Shown: positions 1 through 8,542, counted from the stretch's first letter. The stretch: DNA of 64,000 nucleotides from Patescibacteria group bacterium (GCA_041665345.1 JBAYJA010000001.1:201206-265205); one strand, 5' to 3'. The notes: generated by a model from the letters alone, not told the origin. Translations and numbers: made by a program.

Positions 1-837
1 AACTTTCATCGGTTTTTCATCAAAAAGTGTTTCGTAAATTACTTGCGCAACTTTCATTGGTTCGGCATAAATTGGTTCTTTACCGTCCCACATTTTTGTC
101 CTTCTGCTAATTTCTTCAACTGCCTTTCTCGTGTGTGGGTTGTCGTACATTCCAGTATCTATTCCGCCAGGTCTTACATCATAAATTTCAATTCCTTCAT
201 CGGCAAGTTCTTTTTCAATCCCTTTGATGTAACCAACCAAAGCGTGTTTAGCTGCGACGTGTGTCGCCCCAAAGTGGTAACCACGCTCACCAGACATCGA
301 TGTGACCAGACAGATTTTTGCTTTTTGTCCTCTTATTAACTGTTCTCTGAAAATTGGTACCAATTTAAGCATTAGTTTGTGAGTCGCCGTCACAATTTGC
401 AGTTCAGCATTAATTAGATCTGGAGAAATCTGTTCAAAAGGTAAATATATATTATCGTTTGGTACTTTATAAGCACCACCTCCCATGCCTATTGATTGCA
501 CCCAGTATATTTCTCGGTCTTTTGGCAAATTGTTGGTTAGTGTGGCAATGCCATCATCTGTTGTAATGTCGGTGGCAACATAAGAAATTAATTTATCATC
601 GCAACCAAGCTCAATCAATCCTCGCTTAATTTTTTCAAGATTTTCAGCGGTGCGAGAAACCATAACAACCTCAAAACCTTTCTTACAAATACAATAAGCG
701 GCGGCGGTGCCGATGTTCATTTTGTGTTCCTCGCCGTCAATTATAATTTGATTATGCGTTGGTTTTTCATCAAATTTATATATGTGAGCAATGGGCTTGG
801 AGCCACATCCAGTTATTAAAATTATTGGTTTATTCAT
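1..837 (-). CDS. Short-chain dehydrogenase/reductase (SDR)-like oxidoreductase, partial (runs off window start)
   Basis: Hand translation from ATG at 837: MNKPIILITGCGSKP...NIGTAAAY...VVMVSRT...ICLVTSMSGERGYHFGATHVAAKHALVGYIKGIEKELADEGIEIYDVRPGGIDTGMY; SDR-type beta1 TG, Ser, xxxK and PGxxxT motifs; absent from the ORF track because there is no stop in the window. Confidence 0.75.
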   Translation of the reverse strand, partial: MNKPIILITGCGSKPIAHIYKFDEKPTHNQIIIDGEEHKMNIGTAAAYCICKKGFEVVMVSRTAENLEKIKRGLIELGCDDKLISYVATDITTDDGIATLTNNLPKDREIYWVQSIGMGGGAYKVPNDNIYLPFEQISPDLINAELQIVTATHKLMLKLVPIFREQLIRGQKAKICLVTSMSGERGYHFGATHVAAKHALVGYIKGIEKELADEGIEIYDVRPGGIDTGMYDNPHTRKAVEEISRRTKMWDGKEPIYAEPMKVAQVIYETLFDEKPMKV

Positions 838-867
838 AAAAGCTTATGATTAATTTTTTTTCTCCTT

Positions 868-952
868 TGGTGCCGCTGGTCGGAGTCGAACCGACATGGG
901 TTTCCCCACACGATTTTGAGTCGTGCGTGTCTACCAGTTCCACCACAGCGGC
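868..952 (-). tRNA. tRNA-Leu(CAA)
   Basis: Revcomp GCCGCTGTGGTGGAACTGGTAGACACGCACGACTCAAAATCGTGTGGGGAAACCCATGTCGGTTCGACTCCGACCAGCGGCACCA; long variable arm, encoded CCA. Confidence 0.95.
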
Positions 953-971
953 GAGTTACAATTTTTTCCCT

Positions 972-1105
972 TGGGGACCCCGCAGACGAGGCGCGCAGTC
1001 CCGTTGCGGGACGAGCACGCGTCTGTGGGGCAAAGCGAGGCTTCGCACGACGGGCGGAGCGGAGACGCAGCAGCGTCTACGCGCAGCTCTGAGTGCGAAA
1101 CGAGC
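972..1105. repeat. GC-rich palindromic spacer between tRNAs
   Basis: CCCGCAGACG...CGTCTGTGGG stem enclosing GTCCCGTTGCGGGAC hairpin; core TCCCG-N-CGGGA recurs elsewhere in window. Confidence 0.5.
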
Positions 1106-1182
1106 TGGTACCGGGGGGCGGATTTGAACCGCCGACCTTGGGCTTATGAGTCCCACGCTCTAACCAACTGAGCTACCCCGGC
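1106..1182 (-). tRNA. tRNA with CAT anticodon (elongator Met or Ile2)
   Basis: Revcomp GCCGGGGTAGCTCAGTTGGTTAGAGCGTGGGACTCATAAGCCCAAGGTCGGCGGTTCAAATCCGCCCCCCGGTACCA. Confidence 0.93.
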
Positions 1183-1235
1183 AGATACAGCGAAAGCCGC
1201 ATGGCTAGTATACCATCGTAGTACAAATGCGGAGG

Positions 1236-1268
1236 CTACCCCGACGATCCCGCTACGGGATGTCGGGG
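1236..1268. repeat. Dispersed palindromic repeat, copy 1 (inverted copy at 45737-45769)
   Basis: Revcomp CCCCGACATCCCGTAGCGGGATCGTCGGGGTAG vs CCCCGACATCCCGTTGTGGGATCGTCGGGGTAG at 45737. Confidence 0.8.
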
Positions 1269-1349
1269 CTCCGACCGAAGCGTCGGAGCGGCTTTCAGCT
1301 TTCTCAAACATTCTTGGTCGCTGCTCAACGGTTTTACCGCTGAGCTGCG

Positions 1350-1390
1350 TTGGGTGCGGGAGCCCCGCGGCCGCGGGGCGACCTCCGGAT
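1350..1390 (-). pseudogene. 3'-half copy of tRNA-fMet with T-arm replaced by palindrome CCCCGCGGCCGCGGGG
   Basis: TTGGGTGCGGGAG and CGACCTCCGGAT are identical to the corresponding parts of the tRNA at 1680-1754. Confidence 0.8.
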
Positions 1391-1635
1391 CACCGAGGGT
1401 GAATAATCTTTCGAAAAATATCCCCGCCTTTTTGACGCTTCAGTTGCCGTTCTCTCTGGATTGCCAAAGCCCGGGATGAAAACGTTTCAGTATAAATAAC
1501 TTTCCAAGGACGACGTCGGGCTGTCGATTTTACCATCCCAAGGTTATGACGGGAGAGTCGTTTAGATATAGACTCTGTTTGTCCAATGTAGTACCCCCCG
1601 TCTTTCAAACTTTGGAGGACGTATACGGTAAACAT
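1390..1635 (-). CDS. Small GIY-YIG nuclease family protein
   Basis: VYVLQS...YYIGQT...RLSRHN...E..LK motif pattern, 81 aa. Confidence 0.9.
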   Translation of the reverse strand: MFTVYVLQSLKDGGYYIGQTESISKRLSRHNLGMVKSTARRRPWKVIYTETFSSRALAIQRERQLKRQKGGDIFRKIIHPR

Positions 1636-1679
1636 AGATTATCTGGTCACCCATTTGTGGTTTAGCCACATCTGGGTGT

Positions 1680-1754
1680 TGGGTGCGGGAGGGGGATTTG
1701 CACCCCCGACCTCCGGATTATGAGCCCGGCGAGCTGCTACTGCTCCATCCCGCG
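1680..1754 (-). tRNA. Initiator tRNA-fMet(CAT)
   Basis: Revcomp CGCGGGATGGAGCAGTAGCAGCTCGCCGGGCTCATAATCCGGAGGTCGGGGGTGCAAATCCCCCTCCCGCACCCA; C1:A72 mismatch, GGG on 5' side of anticodon stem. Confidence 0.9.
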
Positions 1755-1808
1755 TAGAGCGTTTCCCTGATGTTTTCAGGAACGCTTGTATGCATATTTG
1801 TTGGGTCG

Positions 1809-1856
1809 TATGAGCCCGGTCCCGCGGCCGCGGGACTACTGCTCCATCCCGCGTAG
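1809..1856 (-). pseudogene. 5'-half copy of tRNA-fMet with palindrome TCCCGCGGCCGCGGGA in D-arm
   Basis: TATGAGCCCGG and CTACTGCTCCATCCCGCGTAG identical to the tRNA and its 5' flank. Confidence 0.8.
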
Positions 1857-1994
1857 GAGGGGGAGTCCCCTCAGCAATCGTAAGCAAGCGCAAATGCGCG
1901 TGTCTGTCTTTCACCATACGTAGGGCAAGCCAGATTGTCAAGCATTGACAGTCTTCTCTATGCACAGTAACGTACCAGCACTTGGGAGGTATGC

Positions 1995-2192
1995 ATGCTA
2001 AAGTTCTTTGATTTCTGTGGGTACGTGGGAATACTTGGAGTGGGGTTCTTCCTCTTGCCAACTGCCTGGCTAACGCAGCTGGGTTGTACGGGGACAGTGT
2101 CCTTTATTGGTACGCTTTGCGCCGTCTTCTTCTTGGGCGTACCAACGTTCTTCAAACCCACAAAAGTAACATCAGAGCCTGGCACACGCTAG
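1995..2192 (+). CDS. Small two-TM membrane protein, hypothetical
   Basis: GGAGG RBS, upstream TTGACA-17-TAACGT promoter, two hydrophobic segments. Confidence 0.55.
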   Translation: MLKFFDFCGYVGILGVGFFLLPTAWLTQLGCTGTVSFIGTLCAVFFLGVPTFFKPTKVTSEPGTR

Positions 2193-2245
2193 GCTCTTTT
2201 TCATTCCTATTTCCTTGATATTCTCTGCTATACTAAGCGTACTGT

Positions 2246-3025
2246 ATGGCGAGAATCATTTCCGTGGTGAACCAAAAAGGGGGCGTTGGCAAAACGACTA
2301 CTGCTATCAACTTGGCAGCAGAGTTGGCTGCTATGGGCAAATTCGTCTTACTCGTGGACATTGATCCGCAGGGGAATGCGTCCTCAGGTATTGGCTTAAA
2401 CCACCGGCAAATTGAAAATGGGGTGTACCATGCCATCATTGGCGCGCAGCCTTTCCGCGATATTGTTCACGATACGTCTGTGGACGGATTGCGGGCCGCA
2501 CCAGCCACAATGGATCTGGCCGGAGCAAACGTGGAACTAGTGCCCATGGAGCGGCGCGAGCATCGGCTGCGGGACAGTCTAGCTGAGGTACGCAACGAGT
2601 ACGACTACATTCTCATTGACTGCCCGCCAAGTTTGGGTTTGCTGACGCTCAATGGCCTGGTGGCTGCCGAAGAAGTGCTCATCCCTGTCCAAACTGAGTA
2701 CCTGGCTCTGGAAGGGGTTGGCCAGCTGGTGGAAACCATCAACCTTATTCGTGAGCACCTGCAGCCTGGCTTGCAGGTCTTGGGCGTGGTCATGACCATG
2801 TTCGATGAGCGGAACCGTCTGTCCCAAGCCGTGTTCCGCGATTTGTACCAGTACTTTCCAAACAAAATTTTTCGCACGGTCATTCCACGGAATGTCCGGC
2901 TAGCCGAAGCGCCAAGCTACGGCAAAGCCATCCGGCATTTTGACCCCAAGTCCCGGGGCGCTCGCGCGTACGAGAAATTAGCGCGGGAAATTGTGGAAAC
3001 CGAAACTCTGCCACCTTCACCGTAA
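2246..3025 (+). CDS. parA: Chromosome partitioning ATPase ParA/Soj
   Basis: NQKGGVGKTTT deviant Walker A, DIDPQGNAS, DCPPSLG, IPRNVRLAEAPSYG. Confidence 0.97.
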   Translation: MARIISVVNQKGGVGKTTTAINLAAELAAMGKFVLLVDIDPQGNASSGIGLNHRQIENGVYHAIIGAQPFRDIVHDTSVDGLRAAPATMDLAGANVELVPMERREHRLRDSLAEVRNEYDYILIDCPPSLGLLTLNGLVAAEEVLIPVQTEYLALEGVGQLVETINLIREHLQPGLQVLGVVMTMFDERNRLSQAVFRDLYQYFPNKIFRTVIPRNVRLAEAPSYGKAIRHFDPKSRGARAYEKLAREIVETETLPPSP

Positions 3026-3030
3026 CATTT

Positions 3031-3900
3031 ATGCCAGGCACAACTCTTGGGCGTGGGCTCTCCTCGCTCATTCCGGGCGCGGATGCAAAAAACTACTGGG
3101 GCAAAGCAGACCAGAAAGCCGCTACAGCTGGTGAGCGCATTGAGCGCATCCCGGTCACCCGCATTGTGGCCAACCCGCAGCAGCCGCGCGAGCGCTTTGA
3201 GCGGCAGGGGATGGAAGACCTGGTGGCGTCCATCAAGCAGCATGGCATTCTGCAGCCCTTGGTGGTTACGGAAACGCCACGCGGGTACGAGCTCATTGCC
3301 GGTGAGCGGCGTTTGCGTGCAGCGAAGTTAGCAAACCTTCGAGAAGTCCCGGCAATTGTCCGTAGCGCTACCAACCAGGAGAAATTGGAACTGGCTTTGG
3401 TAGAAAATTTGCAACGCCGAGATTTGAACCCTGTTGAACGAGCTCGTGGCTACCAGCGCATGGTTGATGAATTCAACCTGACGCAAGATGAGGTTGCTAA
3501 AAAGGTTGGGCAAAGCCGGCCAGTGGTGGCAAACGGTTTGCGTATACTTCACTTACCCCCAGAAATGTTGGCCGCCCTGAGTGATGGGAAAATTGCGGAA
3601 GGCCATGCGAAAGTGCTCCTTGGCATCACCGATACCAAAGCCCGGCAGCAGTTATTCAAGAAAATGCTGGAGGAACACCTGAGTGTCCGCGCGGTGGAAG
3701 ATCAATCCACCCAAGTGCGGGGTCACAAGCGCCGAGCCCCAGCGAGTGCCGAACTCAAAGCCAAAGCCAGCCGTATCGAAGGCGTGCTGGGGGCCAAAGT
3801 CAGCCTGAAGCCCAGCGGGAAAGGTGGGAAGATTGTCATTGACTACAACGACGCGGAAGAGCTTGAGGGGATTGTGCGGCGGATTGAACGGGGAACGTAG
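3031..3900 (+). CDS. parB: ParB/Spo0J partitioning protein
   Basis: LGRGLSSLI, NPQQPR, AGERRLRAA, ENLQRRDLNP, HTH. Confidence 0.97.
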   Translation: MPGTTLGRGLSSLIPGADAKNYWGKADQKAATAGERIERIPVTRIVANPQQPRERFERQGMEDLVASIKQHGILQPLVVTETPRGYELIAGERRLRAAKLANLREVPAIVRSATNQEKLELALVENLQRRDLNPVERARGYQRMVDEFNLTQDEVAKKVGQSRPVVANGLRILHLPPEMLAALSDGKIAEGHAKVLLGITDTKARQQLFKKMLEEHLSVRAVEDQSTQVRGHKRRAPASAELKAKASRIEGVLGAKVSLKPSGKGGKIVIDYNDAEELEGIVRRIERGT

Positions 3901-4230
3901 AACCCAGAACAGAGAACTAGAGGGGAGATAGATTGGTGTGGTTGAGGGTTTGGGATTTTGGTTGACGTACCCCTTACGCAGGAGTAGTCTTGGCGTACCG
4001 ATAGTCCAGGAGGTTTTGTGGAATCGAAAGAACCGGCAAACGAAAAACCAAAAGTTGGAAAAGGGTTTTTCTGGCTCATCATTTTCGCACTTTGGGGTGT
4101 CATCATTTTTCTCCTTTGGCAGTTTCCTGAAGTTTTCAAGAGCGACATTCTCAATCATTAAGCGTACTTTCGCCCGCTTGCAAATAAGCGGGTTTTTGTT
4201 TGATTTTATTGGCCTTTTGCTGGGTAGCTC

Positions 4231-4258
4231 TTGACATATTTTCTGGTTCGTGTATACT
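4231..4258 (+). promoter_or_regulatory. Sigma70 promoter
   Basis: TTGACA-16-TATACT; boxA-like GTTCTTTACAA at 4310-4320 downstream. Confidence 0.7.
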
Positions 4259-4260
4259 CT

Positions 4261-4765
4261 CTGGTTAACATTCTGGGTAAGTAGGCCTAGCTACTGAACC
4301 AGCTTAACAGTTCTTTACAACCCCAACCTAGGAAGAAGGGAGTAGACATGGGAACACGTGCTGCGCCGCAAGGCACACATTGTTGCTCGGGCTTAAGAGC
4401 CGCGAGTCGTAATACCACCGAATATTCTTCGACCGCTTCGAACTGATCGCCGGCGCCGACCCAGACGCATTATAGCGTCCATGCATTGGGTCAAATGCCG
4501 ACAGTTGTATACACAAACGATAGGATCTCACATGAAACGTCACTGGCGTGACAAGAAGCCATTCTACTAGCGACGCAATATGATAGAGCATCGCAAGAAG
4601 AAGACACGCCGGGTCTGAAAACGTTGAACGCAGCCTGGCATAACATTGGAGGATAGCGATGATCTTCTTCCCTTCAGGATTCGTCTAGGTTCGCACTACC
4701 AAAATTCACCTGTGCGAATACGCAAAATTTACTGCCCGAGTCAGCAATGGCTCGGGAGTTTTTTT
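4261..4765 (+). ncRNA. Candidate large structured ncRNA of unknown family
   Basis: Promoter + boxA-like + end pairing (AACCTAG 4325/CTAGGTT 4685; GAAGGGA/TTCCCTTC) + many hairpins + terminator; no convincing long ORF. Confidence 0.5.
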
Positions 4766-4766
4766 A
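4733..4766 (+). terminator. Intrinsic terminator
   Basis: CCCGAGTCA-GCAA-TGGCTCGGG hairpin followed by T-tract. Confidence 0.8.
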
Positions 4767-4827
4767 TCCGCAGAAGAAGTGTGTTTGGATTTGCTTCGCC
4801 CTGAGTTTGGTTAAAAGGCATTCTTCG

Positions 4828-4867
4828 GAGATCCTTCGTCCTCGAAGACTCGTCCTCAGGATGACAG
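4828..4867. repeat. Palindromic repeat half (GATCCTTCG...CTCAGGATGACA); related full element at 58030-58104
   Basis: Shared GAGAT(C/T)CTTCGTC...CTCAG(G/A)ATGACAG motif. Confidence 0.55.
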
Positions 4868-4874
4868 CAAAAAC

Positions 4875-7364
4875 CTACTTCTTCCGCCCGCGCTTCTTCT
4901 TGGGTTGACCTTCGCGTTCCTTAATAAGTTCCAAGGCTTGCTCCAAGGTAATTGCCGACGGCTCTGTGCCGCGGGGGATGGTGGCATTGGTTTCACCATC
5001 CGTGACGTACGCACCAAAGCGGCCATTCTTCACTTTAATGGGTTTGCCAGAGTCTGGGTGGTTGCCCAGTTCTTTCATGGTAGCGCCACCAGCCGTGCGC
5101 TTGCGGTTTGCGGCTTTGGGCTCAGCCAAGAGCTTTTCTGCTTCTGCCAAGGTGAGGGTAATGGGGGACTGACCGTCGGTTAAGCTCCGGGTTTCCACTC
5201 CCGCTTTCACGTACGGACCAAACCTGCCATTCGCTACAACAATGTCTTCACCCGTTGGGTTTTGGCCCAGGGTTTTTGGCAGGCTCAAGAGCTGCAAGGC
5301 CTGCTCCAGGGTGAGCTCATCTGCTTTCATGTCCGGCAGCAGGGAAGCGCTCTTGGGCTTGGGTGCTTTCTCCTTCTTCTTGCCCTTCACCTTCTTGGGT
5401 GCTTCGGGTTTGTCACCCAGCTGCACGTAGGTGCCAAAGCGGCCAGTCTTCAGGTAAATAGGTAGTTTGGTTGTTGGATCTTCGCCCAGCACTTTTGCCT
5501 CAGGCAGGGGAGCGTGGTTGCCGGCTTTATCCAAGTTAATGGTGTGCTTGCAGTCAGGGTAGCCTGTGCAGGCTAGGAAAGTGCCGTAGCGGCCAAACTT
5601 CTTGATCATGGGCTTGCCGCACTTTTCACACACTTCGTCCGTGGCGCTCTCGGTCAGGTCTTTCTTGTCCAGTTCCGCGTCTTTGACCACCAGGTTTTTC
5701 TTGAACGGATCGTAGAATTCGTGGAGCACGGGTTGCCAGGCAATTTTGCCTTCGGCAATGTCGTCAAACTGCTGCTCCATTTTGGCCGTGAACTGGAAGT
5801 CTACAATGGAAGGAAAGTGTTTTACCAGGAGATCATTCACCATGTAAGCCACTTCGGTGGGTTGCAAGCGGCGCTCCATGCGCTCCACGTAGCCGCGGTC
5901 AATGATGGTGCTGATAGTCGGCGCGTAGGTGGACGGGCGACCAATGCCGTACTCCTCCATGGCCTTCACTAAACCGGCGTCGGAGTACCGCGCTGGGGGT
6001 TCAGTGAAGTGCTGAATGCCGTCAATCTTGTTGGCTTTTACACTGTCGTTGACGGCCATGATGGGCAGCAGGTTCTCCTTCACCCCGTCAGGGTAGACTT
6101 TCAGGAACCCAGGGAAGTTGATGGTGGAACCCGAGGCGCGGAACACTGCAGGGACGCTGGCTGCATGCACATCAATGCTCACGGCATCCATGATGGCGTC
6201 CGGCATTTGCGAGGCGACGGCGCGCTTCCAAATGAGTTCGTAGAGCTTTCGCTGGTCGTCTGACAAGTGCTCGGCAATAGCGTCTGGCGTGTGCTGCACA
6301 TCCGTGGGGCGAATGGCTTCGTGCGCCTCTTGTGCGCCCTTGCTGCTGGTGCGGTAGTGCCGACCTTTGGGAACCACGTACTCCGAACCAAAGGTATGTT
6401 CCAAGTAGCCCCGGGTAGCAGTAACAAAGTTTTCAGAAAGTGACAGCGAGTCTGTACGCATGTAGGTAATCAACCCGGTCTGGCCTTTGCCACCCAGGTG
6501 CACACCTTCGTACAGTTGCTGCGCCAGGCGCATGGTGCGGCTGGCAGAAAAACCCAGGCGGCGGTTGGCATCCTGTTGCAAAGTTGATGTGGTGAACGGC
6601 GCAGCTGGGGAGCGCTTGGTCTGCTTCTTCTGTACATCACCAATGGTGTAGGTTGCACTTCGTAAGCGCGCCAGGACGCCATCGGCGGCTTCCTTGCTCC
6701 CTAAGAAAAATTTATCAACCGTCTTGCTGTCCAGTTTGGAAAGCCGAGCTGGGAAGTTTCCAGCTTTGTGTGCAAACTCCGCTTCCACGGTCCAGTACTC
6801 CTGGGGTTTGAAGGCTTGGATTTCTCGTTCACGTTCTACAATCAGCCGCACGGCTACAGATTGCACGCGACCAGCAGACAGCCCCCGCCGGACTTTCCGC
6901 CAGAGGAAAGGGGAGAGCTCATAGCCCACCAGACGGTCCAGGATGCGCCGGGCTTGCTGGGCATCCACGCGCTTCAGGTCCAGGGGTCTGGGTTTGGTAA
7001 AGGCGTGGCTAATGGCATCTTTGGTAATTTCGTGGAAGACCACGCGCTGCACCTTTTTGTCTGGAATGTGGAGCAATTCTGCCAGGTGCCAGGAAATGGC
7101 CTCACCTTCGCGGTCTTCGTCAGTTGCGAAGAAGACGTGGCCGGTTTTTTTGGCCAGTTGCTGCAGTTTTGCCACATGCGCTTCATCCTCCTTATCCACC
7201 ACATAGGTAGGGGCAAAGTCTTTGTCCACATCCACTCCCATTTTGCTCTTGGGCAAATCCCGCACATGGCCGTAGGATGATTCCACGGCGTAGTCTTTCC
7301 CCAGGAAACGGGAAATAGTTTTGGCTTTGGTGGGGGACTCAACGATGACGAGTGCTTTGGGCAT
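4875..7364 (-). CDS. topA: DNA topoisomerase I (type IA)
   Basis: LVIVESPTKAKTI, ATDEDREGEAISWH, SAGRVQS, ITYMRTDS, Zn ribbon and Toprim_C repeats. Confidence 0.98.
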   Translation of the reverse strand: MPKALVIVESPTKAKTISRFLGKDYAVESSYGHVRDLPKSKMGVDVDKDFAPTYVVDKEDEAHVAKLQQLAKKTGHVFFATDEDREGEAISWHLAELLHIPDKKVQRVVFHEITKDAISHAFTKPRPLDLKRVDAQQARRILDRLVGYELSPFLWRKVRRGLSAGRVQSVAVRLIVEREREIQAFKPQEYWTVEAEFAHKAGNFPARLSKLDSKTVDKFFLGSKEAADGVLARLRSATYTIGDVQKKQTKRSPAAPFTTSTLQQDANRRLGFSASRTMRLAQQLYEGVHLGGKGQTGLITYMRTDSLSLSENFVTATRGYLEHTFGSEYVVPKGRHYRTSSKGAQEAHEAIRPTDVQHTPDAIAEHLSDDQRKLYELIWKRAVASQMPDAIMDAVSIDVHAASVPAVFRASGSTINFPGFLKVYPDGVKENLLPIMAVNDSVKANKIDGIQHFTEPPARYSDAGLVKAMEEYGIGRPSTYAPTISTIIDRGYVERMERRLQPTEVAYMVNDLLVKHFPSIVDFQFTAKMEQQFDDIAEGKIAWQPVLHEFYDPFKKNLVVKDAELDKKDLTESATDEVCEKCGKPMIKKFGRYGTFLACTGYPDCKHTINLDKAGNHAPLPEAKVLGEDPTTKLPIYLKTGRFGTYVQLGDKPEAPKKVKGKKKEKAPKPKSASLLPDMKADELTLEQALQLLSLPKTLGQNPTGEDIVVANGRFGPYVKAGVETRSLTDGQSPITLTLAEAEKLLAEPKAANRKRTAGGATMKELGNHPDSGKPIKVKNGRFGAYVTDGETNATIPRGTEPSAITLEQALELIKEREGQPKKKRGRKK

Positions 7365-7384
7365 ACAAACGGTTCACGGAGAAA

Positions 7385-8494
7385 TTATTTGCGGACGTAG
7401 CGCAGGCTGCCAAGGTGTTTCACGCGGCCGCGCACTTCCAGCAACACTAAGGATGCGTTGATGACGCTTGGGTCAAGATCGCACAGTGCTGCTAATTCGT
7501 CAACGTGCATTGCCTGATCACGAAGGTTTTTGAGGATCGCGGCAATTTCTGGTGGATCATCTGGCTGGACGTCGGTAGCGCTGCGAGCAGAAGTTTTTTC
7601 AATGGCCAGCACGCGCAGGATGTCCTCAGCGCTGGTGATGGGCGTGGCGCCGTTCTTGATGAGCTCGTTGGGACCCACAGACGTTGGACGGGTAAAGTCG
7701 CCAGGCACGGCCAGCACCTCTCGGTTCTGCTCCAGGGCTTCACGCGCAGTCAGCAAAGCACCAGATTTCACCCCGGCTTCCACCACCAGTGTGGCCTGGC
7801 TCCAGCCGCAGACAATCCGGTTGCGGCGGGGGAAGGCCCCGGGTTCAGGAATCGTGCCGGGTGCAAATTCGCTGACCACTGCACCGCCGTGGGCAACAAT
7901 TTCTGCCGCCAATTTGGCGTGCTGGGGTGGGTACAGCACATCCACCCCGCTCCCTAAAACCGCAACTGTTCTACCGCCAGCGTCCAAAGCCGCTTGGTGT
8001 GCGCAGCCATCAATTCCCAAAGCCAAACCGGAGACAATCACCACCTCCGCAGCTGCCACAGGTTCAATCAACTGCGCGGTGGCCACTTTGCCAAAGTTCG
8101 TGTACGCCCGTGTGCCCACCACAGCCAAGGCAGGGCGGTTGGGTTCTGGTACTGTTCCGCGAACATAGAGCACGGGTGGGGCAGCGTAAATTTCCTTCAG
8201 CAGCGTGGGGTAGTTTGCGTCGAGCAGGGTGAGAACCGACGCGCCAATTTTTTCCATCGCTGGGAGAATTGCATCCAGCTGGATTTCCTGCCGACCAGCA
8301 ATGACTTCCTCCAAGCGTTTGCCTTCTAGTTCCAGCGCGGTGCGGAGTGCACTGGCTGGTGCCTGCCACGCTTCCAGCATGGAAGGAAAAGCATTGCGCA
8401 GCAAGGCAAAACGGCGTGGGCCAATGTGCGGCACGCGAAGCCACGCGCACCAGGCTGCGCGTTCTGTTTCGGTCATGGCTGGTTCAACCTCCAT
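7385..8494 (-). CDS. dprA: DNA processing protein DprA
   Basis: AVVGTR, IVSGLALGIDGCAH, FPRRNRIV, VVEAGVKSGALLTA. Confidence 0.96.
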   Translation of the reverse strand: MEVEPAMTETERAAWCAWLRVPHIGPRRFALLRNAFPSMLEAWQAPASALRTALELEGKRLEEVIAGRQEIQLDAILPAMEKIGASVLTLLDANYPTLLKEIYAAPPVLYVRGTVPEPNRPALAVVGTRAYTNFGKVATAQLIEPVAAAEVVIVSGLALGIDGCAHQAALDAGGRTVAVLGSGVDVLYPPQHAKLAAEIVAHGGAVVSEFAPGTIPEPGAFPRRNRIVCGWSQATLVVEAGVKSGALLTAREALEQNREVLAVPGDFTRPTSVGPNELIKNGATPITSAEDILRVLAIEKTSARSATDVQPDDPPEIAAILKNLRDQAMHVDELAALCDLDPSVINASLVLLEVRGRVKHLGSLRYVRK

Positions 8495-8542
8495 AGATAG
8501 GAGGAGGGTACCATAGGAGGTTGGGAGCGTGTCAAATGATAG

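Noticed and set aside
846-2185. ORFs 846-1127, 923-1171, 956-1156, 1639-2061, 1958-2185
   Set aside because: Overlap tRNA genes, repeats or a better-supported gene; no protein-like signal
3652-4234. ORFs between parB and the ncRNA candidate
   Set aside because: They run into parB antisense or lack motifs; a minus-strand AAGGAG-ATG near 4106 exists but the product is unconvincing
4261-4765. RNase P RNA, tmRNA or SRP RNA
   Set aside because: Conserved signatures (GAGGAAAGUCC; GGGG...UCCACCA with tag ORF; GGAA tetraloop domain IV) not found on either strand
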